NCBI GenBank assembly: GCA_046754465.1
Contig: JBHHVU010000004.1
Location: 32,001 to 96,000 of the forward strand
Length of the DNA stretch: 64,000 bases
Source of the DNA: Nitrospinaceae bacterium
GTDB lineage: Bacteria > Nitrospinota > Nitrospinia > Nitrospinales > VA-1
Direction of reading: 5' to 3'
Shown: positions 1 to 9,329 of the stretch, piece after piece
Layout of the letters: each line of letters starts with the position of its first letter
Position numbering within the stretch: position 1 is the stretch's first letter
Notes under the pieces: generated by a model
The model's input: only the letters and a program-made list of their open reading frames with translations
Databases searched by the model: none
What the model was told of the DNA's origin: nothing
Program-made: the position numbers and the translations under genes

Positions 1-1
1 T

Positions 2-649
2 GATGCCGGGGCGCGGGTTTTAATCGATGGCGCCCAAAGCACGCCGCACATGAAACTCGATGTGAAAGACCTCGACTGCGATTTCTACACCTTTTCCGGA
101 CATAAAATGTACGGACCGAGCGGGGTGGGCGGACTATACGGAAAAATGGAGCTTTGGGAGTCGATGGGACCCTATGTGACCGGGGGCGATATGATTTTGC
201 AGGTGACGCTCGATAAGACCACCTACGCCAAACCGCCCGCCCGCTTTGAGGCCGGGACCCCCCCCATCACCCAGGTGATCGGATTGGGCGAGGCCATCGA
301 CTTCCTCAATGGGATCTGCATGGATCAAATTTTCGCGTACGAAAAAAGTCTTCTCGAATATGGCACCCGGTTGCTGAGTGGGATCGATGGTTTGCGGATC
401 ATCGGCACCGCTGGGGACAAGGCCAGTATCATCTCCTTTGTTCTGGACGCCGTCCATCCTCATGATGTGAGCACCCTGCTCGATCAGGATGGTATCGCCG
501 TCCGGGGCGGGCACCACTGCGCCCAGCCAACGATGATCCGTTTCGGCGTTGCCGCCACCACACGGGCGTCCATGGCGTTTTACAACAAGTTCGAGGAATT
601 GGATGCCCTGGCGGAAAGCATCCGCAAGATCATCAAGTTGTTTTCCTGA
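2..649 (+). CDS. sufS: SufS-type cysteine desulfurase (5'-truncated by window edge)
   Basis: Frame is open from base 2 (DAGARVLIDGAQSTPH...). Has SGHK PLP-lysine motif, RFEAGTP, and RGGHHCAQP group II desulfurase catalytic-Cys motif; followed by SufU. Confidence 0.95.
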   Translation, partial: DAGARVLIDGAQSTPHMKLDVKDLDCDFYTFSGHKMYGPSGVGGLYGKMELWESMGPYVTGGDMILQVTLDKTTYAKPPARFEAGTPPITQVIGLGEAIDFLNGICMDQIFAYEKSLLEYGTRLLSGIDGLRIIGTAGDKASIISFVLDAVHPHDVSTLLDQDGIAVRGGHHCAQPTMIRFGVAATTRASMAFYNKFEELDALAESIRKIIKLFS

Positions 650-817
650 TTCAGAGGCCCCACCGTCCGCCGGAAATTTTCACGCCGTTTCCGCGGAATG
701 AGTTGGCTCCCGGGGCCTGAAATACTATATTAATGATGGAGAGGTTTTTGACGGCGGATCTGGCGCCGGCAGGTTTCCCCAAGGGGCCTCCGGGGTTTTG
801 TGGAAAGGATAGGGTGA

Positions 818-1276
818 ATGTCGTACGACAATGAACTGTATCAACGGGTGATATTGGATCATAACCGGAATCCCAGGAATTTTCGGGAAATCAAGAACGC
901 GACCCACCAGTGTCACGGCATCAACCCCCTGTGTGGGGACGATATCACGGTTTATATGGATGTCGATACTCAGGAAGGGGTCATAAAAGACGTCAGTTTT
1001 GTCGGTACCGGATGCGCCATTTCCAAGGCGAGTTCCTCTCTGATGACCGCCTTCTTGAAAGGAAAATCCCTGGAGGATGCCCGGGTCGTTTTCGATGAGT
1101 TTCATAAAATGGTTTTGGGCGAGATGGACCCCGAAAAAGAGGAACATCATCTCGGTAAACTCACCCTGTTCATGGGGATCCGGGAATACCCTTCCCGAAC
1201 CAAGTGCGCCAGTCTGCCCTGGCACACCATGGTGGGGGCATTGGATAAAAAGTCCGAAGGGGTCAGCACGGAATAA
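818..1276 (+). CDS. sufU: SufU (NifU-family) Fe-S assembly sulfur-transfer protein
   Basis: LYQRVILDHNRNPRN, NPLCGDDI, GCAISKASSS and RTKCASLPW motifs, with the SufU-type insert; downstream of sufS. Confidence 0.93.
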   Translation: MSYDNELYQRVILDHNRNPRNFREIKNATHQCHGINPLCGDDITVYMDVDTQEGVIKDVSFVGTGCAISKASSSLMTAFLKGKSLEDARVVFDEFHKMVLGEMDPEKEEHHLGKLTLFMGIREYPSRTKCASLPWHTMVGALDKKSEGVSTE

Positions 1277-1335
1277 TTGGGTGAGTCCGTCCCAGGCTGT
1301 TCCGCGGGATATTTGAAAGGAGGTGGACCCTTGTC

Positions 1336-2385
1336 ATGGCCGTCAAAACCCTTCAGAACGAACTCGACGCGTCGACCCGTCCGGGGGAGTTGGTCAAACA
1401 CCTTTCCGGGGGGATTCTGATTTGCACGGCGTGCGGCCATTTGTGCAAGTTGCGGCCCGGGCAACGCGGGGTCTGTAAGGTCCGCTTTAATGAAGGTGGG
1501 ATTTTACGCGTGCCCTTCGGTTATGCCGCCGGGGTCCAGAACGATCCCATCGAAAAAAAACCCTTTTTCCATGTTCTTCCCGGCAGCCTGGCGATGAGTT
1601 TTGGCATGCTGGGCTGCGATTTTCATTGCGCCTACTGTCAGAACTGGTTCACCTCCCAATCCTTGAGAGACGACGGATCCACCCTCCATTTTTCCTCAAT
1701 CACCGCCGCGGAGATTTGCGATTTGGCCCAACGCCGCGGATCCAAAACCGTTGTTTCCACCTACAACGAACCCTTGATCACCAGCGAATGGGCGGTCGAG
1801 GTGTTTCGCGAAGCCAAAAAGCGCGGGTTGCTGACGGGGTACGTCTCCAACGGACACGGCACACCCGAAGTGCTCGAATATATTCGCCCCTGGGTTGACC
1901 TGTTCAAGATCGATCTGAAAAGTTTTTCCGCGAAAAACTACCGCCGGCTGGGAGGCAACCTGAATGCGGTCCTGGAAACGATCCGCCGGGTGCATGCCAT
2001 GGGATTCTGGACCGAAATCGTGACCCTCGTGGTTCCCGGTTACAACGATTCCGACGAGGAACTGGTCCAGATTGCTGAGTTTATCGCTTCCGTATCGGTG
2101 GACATTCCCTGGCACGTCACCGCCTTCCATCCCGATTACCAGATGCAGGACCGGGGGCACACCCCCGCCGCAACCCTGATGCGGGCGAGGCGGCACGGAA
2201 AAGAGGCCGGACTGAAGTTCGTCTATTCGGGCAATCTTCCCGGCCGGGTGGAAGGCACCGAAAACACGTTTTGCCCCGGGTGCGGTGAGACGGTGATCGC
2301 GCGGTGTGGATTCCGGGTGACTGCCAACCATCTCAAACGCGGTGCCTGCCCGGAATGCGGCGAACCCATTCCCGGCAGTTGGTAG
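1336..2385 (+). CDS. amrS: AmmeMemoRadiSam-system radical SAM enzyme (PFL-activase-like)
   Basis: N-terminal CTACGHLC...GVCKVR; DPIEKKPFFH; radical SAM CDFHCAYC motif; TYNEP; C-terminal CPGC...CPEC. Confidence 0.88.
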   Translation: MAVKTLQNELDASTRPGELVKHLSGGILICTACGHLCKLRPGQRGVCKVRFNEGGILRVPFGYAAGVQNDPIEKKPFFHVLPGSLAMSFGMLGCDFHCAYCQNWFTSQSLRDDGSTLHFSSITAAEICDLAQRRGSKTVVSTYNEPLITSEWAVEVFREAKKRGLLTGYVSNGHGTPEVLEYIRPWVDLFKIDLKSFSAKNYRRLGGNLNAVLETIRRVHAMGFWTEIVTLVVPGYNDSDEELVQIAEFIASVSVDIPWHVTAFHPDYQMQDRGHTPAATLMRARRHGKEAGLKFVYSGNLPGRVEGTENTFCPGCGETVIARCGFRVTANHLKRGACPECGEPIPGSW

Positions 2386-2445
2386 TTTCCCGGTTCCATG
2401 GGCCGGCGGCGTTCCGCCATTCCTTTCGCGGCGCTTCTTTTAAAC

Positions 2446-2474
2446 TTGATGTGAACCCTTTGGGATATTAGAAT
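2446..2474 (+). promoter_or_regulatory. Putative sigma70 promoter for flavin reductase gene
   Basis: TTGATG (2446-2451), 17 bp, TAGAAT (2469-2474), followed by AGGAG and a TTG start at 2507. Confidence 0.45.
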
Positions 2475-2506
2475 TTCTTCTTTGAATTTATTTCCAGGAG
2501 AAAAAA

Positions 2507-2977
2507 TTGAAAAACAAAAAACAAGTCGGAAAAGCCTTGGGCCGCCTTCCCAGCGGCCTGTTCGTGGTGACCGCCAAATGCGGAGACCGGGAAGATGCCG
2601 TTCTGGCAAGCTGGGTCAACCAATGTTCTTTTGAACCGCCCGCTATTTCCATCGCTCTTGCCACCGTGCGTCCGGCCCGGGTTCTGGTGGAAGGGTCGCG
2701 GTCATTCATCCTCAATATCCTTGGAAAAGACGCCAACGGACTCCTCAAGCATTTCAGCAAACCGCCCGAGAAATCGGTCTTTCAAGGACTCAAAACCTCG
2801 AAAGGGCTTAACGATATAAGGATTTTGAACGATGCAGTGTCGTATCTGGAATGCAAAGTGACCCAGTCGGTTCCCGCGGGGGACCATGTGATATATGTCG
2901 GGGAAGTCGTGGGGGGGAAACTGTTGAAAGGCGGCGACCCTTATTTCCATGTGCGGTCGAATGGATTCAACTACTAA
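2507..2977 (+). CDS. Flavin reductase-like (DIM6/NTAB family) protein
   Basis: ALGRLPSGLFVVT, LASWVNQCSFEPP and YLECKV...GDHVIYVGEV motifs; TTG start after AGGAG. Confidence 0.88.
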   Translation: MKNKKQVGKALGRLPSGLFVVTAKCGDREDAVLASWVNQCSFEPPAISIALATVRPARVLVEGSRSFILNILGKDANGLLKHFSKPPEKSVFQGLKTSKGLNDIRILNDAVSYLECKVTQSVPAGDHVIYVGEVVGGKLLKGGDPYFHVRSNGFNY

Positions 2978-3240
2978 TTCCAGCCGAGCAATTTGGGCAG
3001 TTCCGTTTTGGTGGCGGCCCAATATCCCAGAACCGCCAAAAAGGCGATCGTGGATACTATGAATATGATCAGTTTGAACAGGCGCTTCGGATCTGACTCA
3101 TAGAATTCCTTGACGTCTTCAGCGAAACTTTCCATCACCCCCTCATCGGGGTGTTTTTTAAAAGTCTTGTCGATCGCGTCCCTTCCATAAATAATTCCAA
3201 AAATGACCGCGATCATCAAAATTTCAATAGCGCCTATCAT
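2974..3240 (-). CDS. Small two-TM membrane protein with TatA-like N-terminus, function unknown
   Basis: 88 aa with two hydrophobic segments (IGAIEILMIAVIFGIIYG; LIIFIVSTIAFLAVLGYWA). AGGA before ATG; overlaps the end of the upstream gene by 17 nt. Confidence 0.7.
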   Translation of the reverse strand: MIGAIEILMIAVIFGIIYGRDAIDKTFKKHPDEGVMESFAEDVKEFYESDPKRLFKLIIFIVSTIAFLAVLGYWAATKTELPKLLGWN

Positions 3241-5836
3241 GTCCTAATTTCGCGTTCGCATCCAAATAAGTGGGTTGATAATTTTCATCGTCGATGGAGA
3301 AAGGCCATCTTATGAGCTTCTTGGGCGCCTCGGACGCCTCCAGACTTTTGGCGCAACGGAATCCGTAGTCATCCAAACGGCTGTCCGGATAACTGTTGTT
3401 CCGAAACGAGGAATAAATAAAACCGCCCAAATCCCTCCAGGAGCCGCCTCTCAGGACCTTGAACTCCCCGCCGATGGGACCTTTGGGATTCACAGTATGG
3501 GACTTTTCCCCATAATACTCCCGATCATACCAATCGTCCACCCATTCTTTAACGTTGCCGGCCATGTTGAATAGACCGAAGGGGCTTTTTCCCTCGGGAA
3601 GGGCGTTGACGGGGACCATCACCCGGTGGCCCAGCTCCTCGGTCCAGCTTTGAAAATACCGGGCGCGTTGCGGGGTGGGCCGCTCATTTCCCCAGGGATA
3701 ACGGAATTTATTGGGTCCCCGAGCGGCTTTTTCCCATTCGGCCTCGGTGGGCAGCCGTTTGCCTTTCCATTTGCAAAAGGCCTTCGCTCCAACCCAGTTC
3801 ACGTTATTGACCGGATAGGATTCCAGGCCGGGCCGGGTCTCGAATCGCCCATTGTAAAACAGCATTCCGAATTTGTTGTCCAGGTAATACCCCTTGACGT
3901 TGTTGACGGTGTTTAAAAATTGCGCGAAACTCCGGGCCGTTACTTCGTATTTGTCTATCAGGAAGGCATCCACATACACCTTATGTTCGGGCGCTTCATC
4001 CTCCCCCCCTTTATTGGAACCCATGAAAAAAAATCCGGCTGGGATCAGAACCATATCCTCGGGGATGTCCGGGGTTTTCGCGGCCCGCTGGAACCGCGGG
4101 AAAGAATTTTCCGGGGTGGTGGTTTTTTTTGACGCGAGTTGTTGCAGAAGGTCCCTCGCCTCCTGGGCGAACTCACCGGAGGCGTTCCCATCCAGGTATT
4201 GTTTTAAATGCAACCGGGCGTCTTCCCGGTAGCCCCCTTCAAAATAAATCCATCCGGCGAAAAATTCCAGGTCCGGACGATTCGAAAACCGCTTTTCCGC
4301 GTCCAGGATATCCCCGGCCATCCCTGTCACCACGCCGGAATTTTTATCCTCCATGGCTTTCAGGTACCAGTTTCTGGCTTCCGAATAATTCCGGTCCATC
4401 AGGGCGAAAAATCCCAGGTTCATGTGCGCCAGGGTGAGCAGACCCTCCTGAGCTTCCCCTTTTTTCAATCCACGTTTGGTCCAGGCGGCGGCCAGTTTCA
4501 GTTCGCCTTTCCGGTAATGGGTCCACCCAAGTTGGATATAAGCCTTGAGCCGGTCCGGCTGGTTCTCGATAAGATACCGGTAAAGCCGGATCGCCCGGTC
4601 CCAATCCTCCAGCCGGTAATAGGTTTCCGCCAGGGCATCCAACACCTCCGGGTTTCCCGGAAACCGCTCCCTTACCCGATTGAAATTGTCCAGGGCCAGC
4701 CGGTTTTGACCCAGGAAAAGATAAACCCTACCGAGGGTGATCTGGGTTTGATAATCTCCCGGATCGAGCCGCGTCAATATTTTCAAATGCAGAAGAGCAG
4801 AGGTATATTTTTTTTCTACCAGATAAAGTTTCACGAGAACGCGATGCCCCGGAATGAAAGCGGGATCGATTTGCACTGCCTGTAAAAACGCATCGACGGC
4901 CTTTTGGGATTCGCCCGATTTCTGGTAAGCGAGACCCAGATTGAATAAGGTGGACGAATTGTTAGGATCCGATTTTAGGGCCAGCCGGTAATGCCGGATC
5001 GCATCCTCCCTCCGGTTCTGTTCCGAATAGATGTTGGCGAGGTTATTTTGCGCTTCCACCGATTCGGGGTTGATCGCGGTGGAAAGTTCCAGGTAAAACA
5101 CTGCCGTGTCCGGTTGTTTGTTTTTGTAAAATATCATGCCAACGTTGGAGAAGTAGGCCCCCAAGGTTTTTTTCTTTCCCATGTTTTGCATGAAAAAGCG
5201 CCGGGAAGAATCCGTTTCCAGTCCAAACCGCTTCCGGTAAAAGCTGTCGGGAAACCTGGCCCCCAACTCGGTGGCTTCGATATTGATTCGGAATCCGCCG
5301 GAATCGTAACGGACAAAGAAGTGATTTGGCATGGGAACCCCGAACAGCGGCAACCCCAGGCGGTCTCCGATAATGAGATACAAAAGGGAGAGGTTCATGC
5401 AATATCCCCGGTGGGAGGCCAGCATTCCATGCAGGAAAAGCTCCGCCGGATTCAGGGGGATCCCCTGTGGGTCGACCCGTTCCGTATAACGGTATTCCCC
5501 TTCCTCATGAATGGTTTTACGGAGTGCACTGACAATTTCTTCCGGGGAGGAGTTCTCTTTTATCTTTTGACGGGCGGAGGCCGTCAGCCGGTCGAGTTCC
5601 TTTCCCAGGGCAACGGTGTCAATGGTGGGGTCCCAGTGTCTGGAAATAAGGAGTGCTGATTCCGCCAGGTCGATTCCATCTTCGGATGCTGAAAGGATCG
5701 ACTGTAGCCTCTGCTCGATTTCATGGGCCGGGAGAGCTTCAGCACCAGAGGAAACCGGGGTGACCGCCATGAGGATAAGTAGAAAATGGAAGGACAACGC
5801 CGCAAGTGATCGTAGCAGAGTCTGGATTTTTCTCAT
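3224..5836 (-). CDS. Secreted transglutaminase-like (SirB1/Transglut_core2) + TPR array + FGE-sulfatase (SUMF1-like) fusion
   Basis: Signal-peptide-like N-terminus; GYCMNLSLLY...PNHFFVRY...NIEAT; multiple TPRs; C-terminal RLPTEAEWEKAARG, GNVKEW, RGGSW and GFRCA. Confidence 0.85.
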   Translation of the reverse strand: MRKIQTLLRSLAALSFHFLLILMAVTPVSSGAEALPAHEIEQRLQSILSASEDGIDLAESALLISRHWDPTIDTVALGKELDRLTASARQKIKENSSPEEIVSALRKTIHEEGEYRYTERVDPQGIPLNPAELFLHGMLASHRGYCMNLSLLYLIIGDRLGLPLFGVPMPNHFFVRYDSGGFRINIEATELGARFPDSFYRKRFGLETDSSRRFFMQNMGKKKTLGAYFSNVGMIFYKNKQPDTAVFYLELSTAINPESVEAQNNLANIYSEQNRREDAIRHYRLALKSDPNNSSTLFNLGLAYQKSGESQKAVDAFLQAVQIDPAFIPGHRVLVKLYLVEKKYTSALLHLKILTRLDPGDYQTQITLGRVYLFLGQNRLALDNFNRVRERFPGNPEVLDALAETYYRLEDWDRAIRLYRYLIENQPDRLKAYIQLGWTHYRKGELKLAAAWTKRGLKKGEAQEGLLTLAHMNLGFFALMDRNYSEARNWYLKAMEDKNSGVVTGMAGDILDAEKRFSNRPDLEFFAGWIYFEGGYREDARLHLKQYLDGNASGEFAQEARDLLQQLASKKTTTPENSFPRFQRAAKTPDIPEDMVLIPAGFFFMGSNKGGEDEAPEHKVYVDAFLIDKYEVTARSFAQFLNTVNNVKGYYLDNKFGMLFYNGRFETRPGLESYPVNNVNWVGAKAFCKWKGKRLPTEAEWEKAARGPNKFRYPWGNERPTPQRARYFQSWTEELGHRVMVPVNALPEGKSPFGLFNMAGNVKEWVDDWYDREYYGEKSHTVNPKGPIGGEFKVLRGGSWRDLGGFIYSSFRNNSYPDSRLDDYGFRCAKSLEASEAPKKLIRWPFSIDDENYQPTYLDANAKLGHDRRY

Positions 5837-6067
5837 CTATTTTCCCCCAAGTCAGAATTTCCCGGACCATTATATCAGATGCCCCCGGGGGAAGCAGGTC
5901 TTCCCTGAAGAAAGTGTCCGCGGCCCGCTCCCTGGAATTTGCGAAAAACCGAGGTAGGGAAGATTTTGTTTTTATGATTTTCGTGATAAATTCGCGGGGT
6001 GAGGGCAGGAACATAGATGGATTTATGAAATTCCATTCACCCGTTCATAAAATTTTAATTCCCTCTT

Positions 6068-7099
6068 ATGAGAATTCTTATTGCCGAAGACGATCCCGAC
6101 AGCGCCAGGCTCCTTCAACACCTTCTCGAAAAAGCCGGGTACACCCTCGCGGTGGAACCAAACGGCCTGCTGGCCCTGGAACGCCTGCGCCGTGAAAAAT
6201 TCGACGCGCTGGTCACCGATTGGTTGATGCCCGGAATGGATGGTATCGGCCTGGTCCATCGCGTTCGCAAGGAATTCAAGGAATCCTTTTTGATCGTCAT
6301 GGTGACCGCCATGAGCGACGCAAACGCCCGCGGGCATGCCCTCCAGGCCGGTGCGGATTATTATGTGATCAAACCCTATCAGCCCGAGGAGGTCCTGAGC
6401 AGTTTGAGTGAGGGGCTGGCCCGGTTGGCGCAGCCCGTGCCGCGGCCACCCACGGCCGCCGGAGTCCGGCCCTCCGGGTTGCCCCCCTTTGTCGGGGTGG
6501 TGATCGCCGCAAGCACCGGAGGACCTCCCGTGGTGACTCGGCTTTTTCAATCCTTAAGCCCTTCCTGTCAAGCAGCTTTTTTTCTGGTTCAACATGGTCC
6601 ATCCTGGATGCTGGAAATGTTCGCCGAACAATTGGATCGCGAAACTCCTTTCAAGTTTCAACTGGCCTCCCGGGGGTTGCAGCCTGTCGTGGGGCAGGTT
6701 TATCTGGCTCCCGGAGAACAGCACCTCTGCCTCCGGTCCGACGCGCTGACCCTGGACCTGAACCGGGACCCCATGGAAAACTTCGTCCGGCCTGCCGCCG
6801 ATCCTTTATTCCGCAGTGCCGCCTCGGTGTTTGGGAAGTACTGTGTGGGGGTCGTCCTGACGGGAATGGGGCGAGACGGCACCCAGGGGGCCGGGCAAAT
6901 AAAATCCTCCGGAGGGGTGGTCCTGGTGCAGGACCCGAAAACGGCTGTGGCTTCTTCCATGCCCCAGACCGTCATAGGGTCGGGATTGGCCGATTTCGTA
7001 CTGCCCCTGGAACCTTTGGTGAAATCCATTGAGGATCAAGTGATGCAACTGGCTTGCGAACTCAAACAAAATTTGAAAGGGGAAAGTTTTTCTCCCTGA
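6068..7099 (+). CDS. cheB: Receiver domain + CheB-type methylesterase
   Basis: REC: ILIAEDD, VTDWLMPGMDG, YVIKP. CheB domain: ASTGG, VQHG, RPAADPLFRS, LTGMGRDG, SSMP. Confidence 0.82.
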   Translation: MRILIAEDDPDSARLLQHLLEKAGYTLAVEPNGLLALERLRREKFDALVTDWLMPGMDGIGLVHRVRKEFKESFLIVMVTAMSDANARGHALQAGADYYVIKPYQPEEVLSSLSEGLARLAQPVPRPPTAAGVRPSGLPPFVGVVIAASTGGPPVVTRLFQSLSPSCQAAFFLVQHGPSWMLEMFAEQLDRETPFKFQLASRGLQPVVGQVYLAPGEQHLCLRSDALTLDLNRDPMENFVRPAADPLFRSAASVFGKYCVGVVLTGMGRDGTQGAGQIKSSGGVVLVQDPKTAVASSMPQTVIGSGLADFVLPLEPLVKSIEDQVMQLACELKQNLKGESFSP

Positions 7100-7166
7100 T
7101 AGAATGGCCTCGTATTCGCGTTTCCGGCCCGGTCCGCCAAACCGGAAATCCGGTTGCGGCCCGCCC

Positions 7167-9329
7167 TCATTCCCGCCTTACCATCCACCCTTCCCAGAAC
7201 AGCATGCAGGCGACCATCAGGAGGAAGGGGGTGGTCAGGGGAAATCCTTCCCCCGCACTCACCGCCTCCAGGGGGGTTTTGCCGGATTTGAAAGTAACCG
7301 GCATGTCCGCCAACTGATCTCTTATTTCTTCCTCCGAAATTTTTTCGGGAGAAGATTCCCGGGTATCGAGATTGACGGTGAAGGCCCCCGCCGGCTCCGC
7401 ATTTTCAGGCAGCCGGATTGTGGAAGGCTCTTCCCCGTTGGGGGGAGAGGGTTTTGCGCCTTTCACCAGCGGACTCCGGTACAGGCGGTACACCCCCGGA
7501 CGGGAGGTGTCCTTGAAGGCGGCCTCCCCCTTGTCAACGGAAAGCGGAGTGATTCTGCCACCGGGCGATTCGATGAACGCCCGGCTTCCGGAAAAATCAT
7601 CTTTCCATACAAAGGGTTCGCCTACCCGGAGATCTTGCCGCACGATGCTTTCCAGTCCGCGCGCGGAATATTTGACCCATCGCTGGGTCCAAGGAAGAAA
7701 CGTGGGCTGGATCGGGAAATTGTTCCAGTCCCGGTCGATACTGGAAACATAAAGCAGGACCTTTCCTTTCCCGAAATTTGATTCCACCAGGGCGGGGGAC
7801 TTGTTCAGGAACCACAGCGGGATGATGTACTTCCGGTTTTCCCGGGGAGTCACGCTGTAAAAGGAGTGAAAGCGGATGTCCCTCATCTCCTCCAGGGTTT
7901 TGCCGGAAAAGATCTTCAGCACCGGATGTTCGCTTTTTTCAAACCGCAGGCGGAAGGGTTCGTCCTGTTTCCCGACCTGATGCAGCGCATCGATGGTGAC
8001 GGGAAGAAGATTGCCTAGTTTTTCGTTGTAGTACTTGGGGTCCACCTGGTCGCCCAGGGCGATGAACAGGGCGCCGCCGCGCATGACGTATTTTTCTAAC
8101 TGAATTTCATATCCCAGGGGGAGGTCCCGAACGTTGCAGAGTAGGACCACCGAAAAATCCAGGAGACTTCTCCGTGGCAGTTCTTCCAGGGTGGAAACGG
8201 TGGATTCAATATTGGAAAGGGCGGCCGAGAAAGGATTGAGGGCGCGTTCCAGGTAAAACGATTCGCTTTGATGGGCCACCGTCTTGGGATCCCCGTCGAC
8301 GACCAGGACCTTGATCTTCTGGTCGGGTTGATAGGAGAAAAACCGGCGATTGTCCACCAAAAGTCCGTCCCGGGGAATATCCATCGTGCCCTGGATGGGC
8401 TCATTTTCCAAAAGAGGGAAGGAAAATTCTTTTTCCACTTCCTCCCCGGGAGGCACATCGACAAACCCTTCCGTTTGTTTTTTGTCCTGAACGAAAAGAG
8501 AAAGGTTCAGCCGGTGGACCGGAATGCGGGCCGACAGGTTGACCACCCGGCCCTTGACGCGGATGATGCGGCTGTTGGTCAAAAATTCCTGTCTCACCTC
8601 CAGGTTTTGAACGGCCGCCCGATTGGGTGTCGTTTGCAGGCCGGAAAAATCGATGAGGGTCACGGGGATGTGGAGGGGCCCCGGGTTTTCCGGAAACTCA
8701 TCCTCCTTCCAGCCGTTTTTATCCCGGTCGGTTAAAATAAAAATGCGTTTCTCCTCTTGAGGGGTGGATTCCAAAAGCCCGAGGGCGAGGGTGACCGCCT
8801 GGCCGATACTCGTGGTCCGATAGGAAGGTTGGGATGCCTTGAGAATTTTCTCGGCGATCGAGGGGTCGTTCGTCCATTCCTGTAGAACCCGCGCCGGCGC
8901 GGAAGCCAGGACGAGGCTATACAGGTGGTCCCCCCCGGAAATCTTTCGCAAAGGGGGCAGCAGGGCCGCAACGGCATTGGCATACAGGGTGCTATCCCCG
9001 GATTGGCCCCCCATGCTGTAGGAATCGTCCAGGATGAAGACATTGGCCGAGGAAACCGAGGACAGGAGGTCCGCCGGCCCGCCGAAAGAAAAAATGGGGT
9101 GTGCCAGGGCCAGGCTGAGCAGCGCGATTCCCAGGCACCGGATGAGCAGGAGCAGAAGCCGGTTGGGGACCGACTTCCTGACTGCCCGTTTTTGCGACTG
9201 GAACAGCAGGTGAATGGCGGAAAATAGAATTCGCTTTTGCTGGCGGCGGGTCAAAAGGTGGATCAGAATCGGAACCCCTATGCCGAGGAGGCCCAGGAGA
9301 TACATAGGTGAAAGGAAATTGAGGTTCAT
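7167..9329 (-). CDS. BatA-type N-terminal double-TM + VWA domain protein with GATase-like C-terminal domain
   Basis: FLSP..LLGLLGIGVPILIHLL..R, LLLLIRCL...LALAHP, MIDAS-like ILDDSYSM, ILTD, later VLVVDGDP, and a C-terminal TM; overlaps the DUF58 gene by 4 nt. Confidence 0.82.
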   Translation of the reverse strand: MNLNFLSPMYLLGLLGIGVPILIHLLTRRQQKRILFSAIHLLFQSQKRAVRKSVPNRLLLLLIRCLGIALLSLALAHPIFSFGGPADLLSSVSSANVFILDDSYSMGGQSGDSTLYANAVAALLPPLRKISGGDHLYSLVLASAPARVLQEWTNDPSIAEKILKASQPSYRTTSIGQAVTLALGLLESTPQEEKRIFILTDRDKNGWKEDEFPENPGPLHIPVTLIDFSGLQTTPNRAAVQNLEVRQEFLTNSRIIRVKGRVVNLSARIPVHRLNLSLFVQDKKQTEGFVDVPPGEEVEKEFSFPLLENEPIQGTMDIPRDGLLVDNRRFFSYQPDQKIKVLVVDGDPKTVAHQSESFYLERALNPFSAALSNIESTVSTLEELPRRSLLDFSVVLLCNVRDLPLGYEIQLEKYVMRGGALFIALGDQVDPKYYNEKLGNLLPVTIDALHQVGKQDEPFRLRFEKSEHPVLKIFSGKTLEEMRDIRFHSFYSVTPRENRKYIIPLWFLNKSPALVESNFGKGKVLLYVSSIDRDWNNFPIQPTFLPWTQRWVKYSARGLESIVRQDLRVGEPFVWKDDFSGSRAFIESPGGRITPLSVDKGEAAFKDTSRPGVYRLYRSPLVKGAKPSPPNGEEPSTIRLPENAEPAGAFTVNLDTRESSPEKISEEEIRDQLADMPVTFKSGKTPLEAVSAGEGFPLTTPFLLMVACMLFWEGWMVRRE

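Noticed and set aside
650..721. Bulged long hairpin TTCAGAGGCCCC/GGGGCCTGAA between sufS and sufU
   Set aside because: Single imperfect stem with a large loop and no U-tract; not distinguishable from chance.
3340..3470. FGE/C-type-lectin C-terminus as a diversity-generating retroelement variable region
   Set aside because: No reverse transcriptase, Avd-like gene or near-identical template repeat is visible in the window; a remote DGR cannot be excluded without the full genome.
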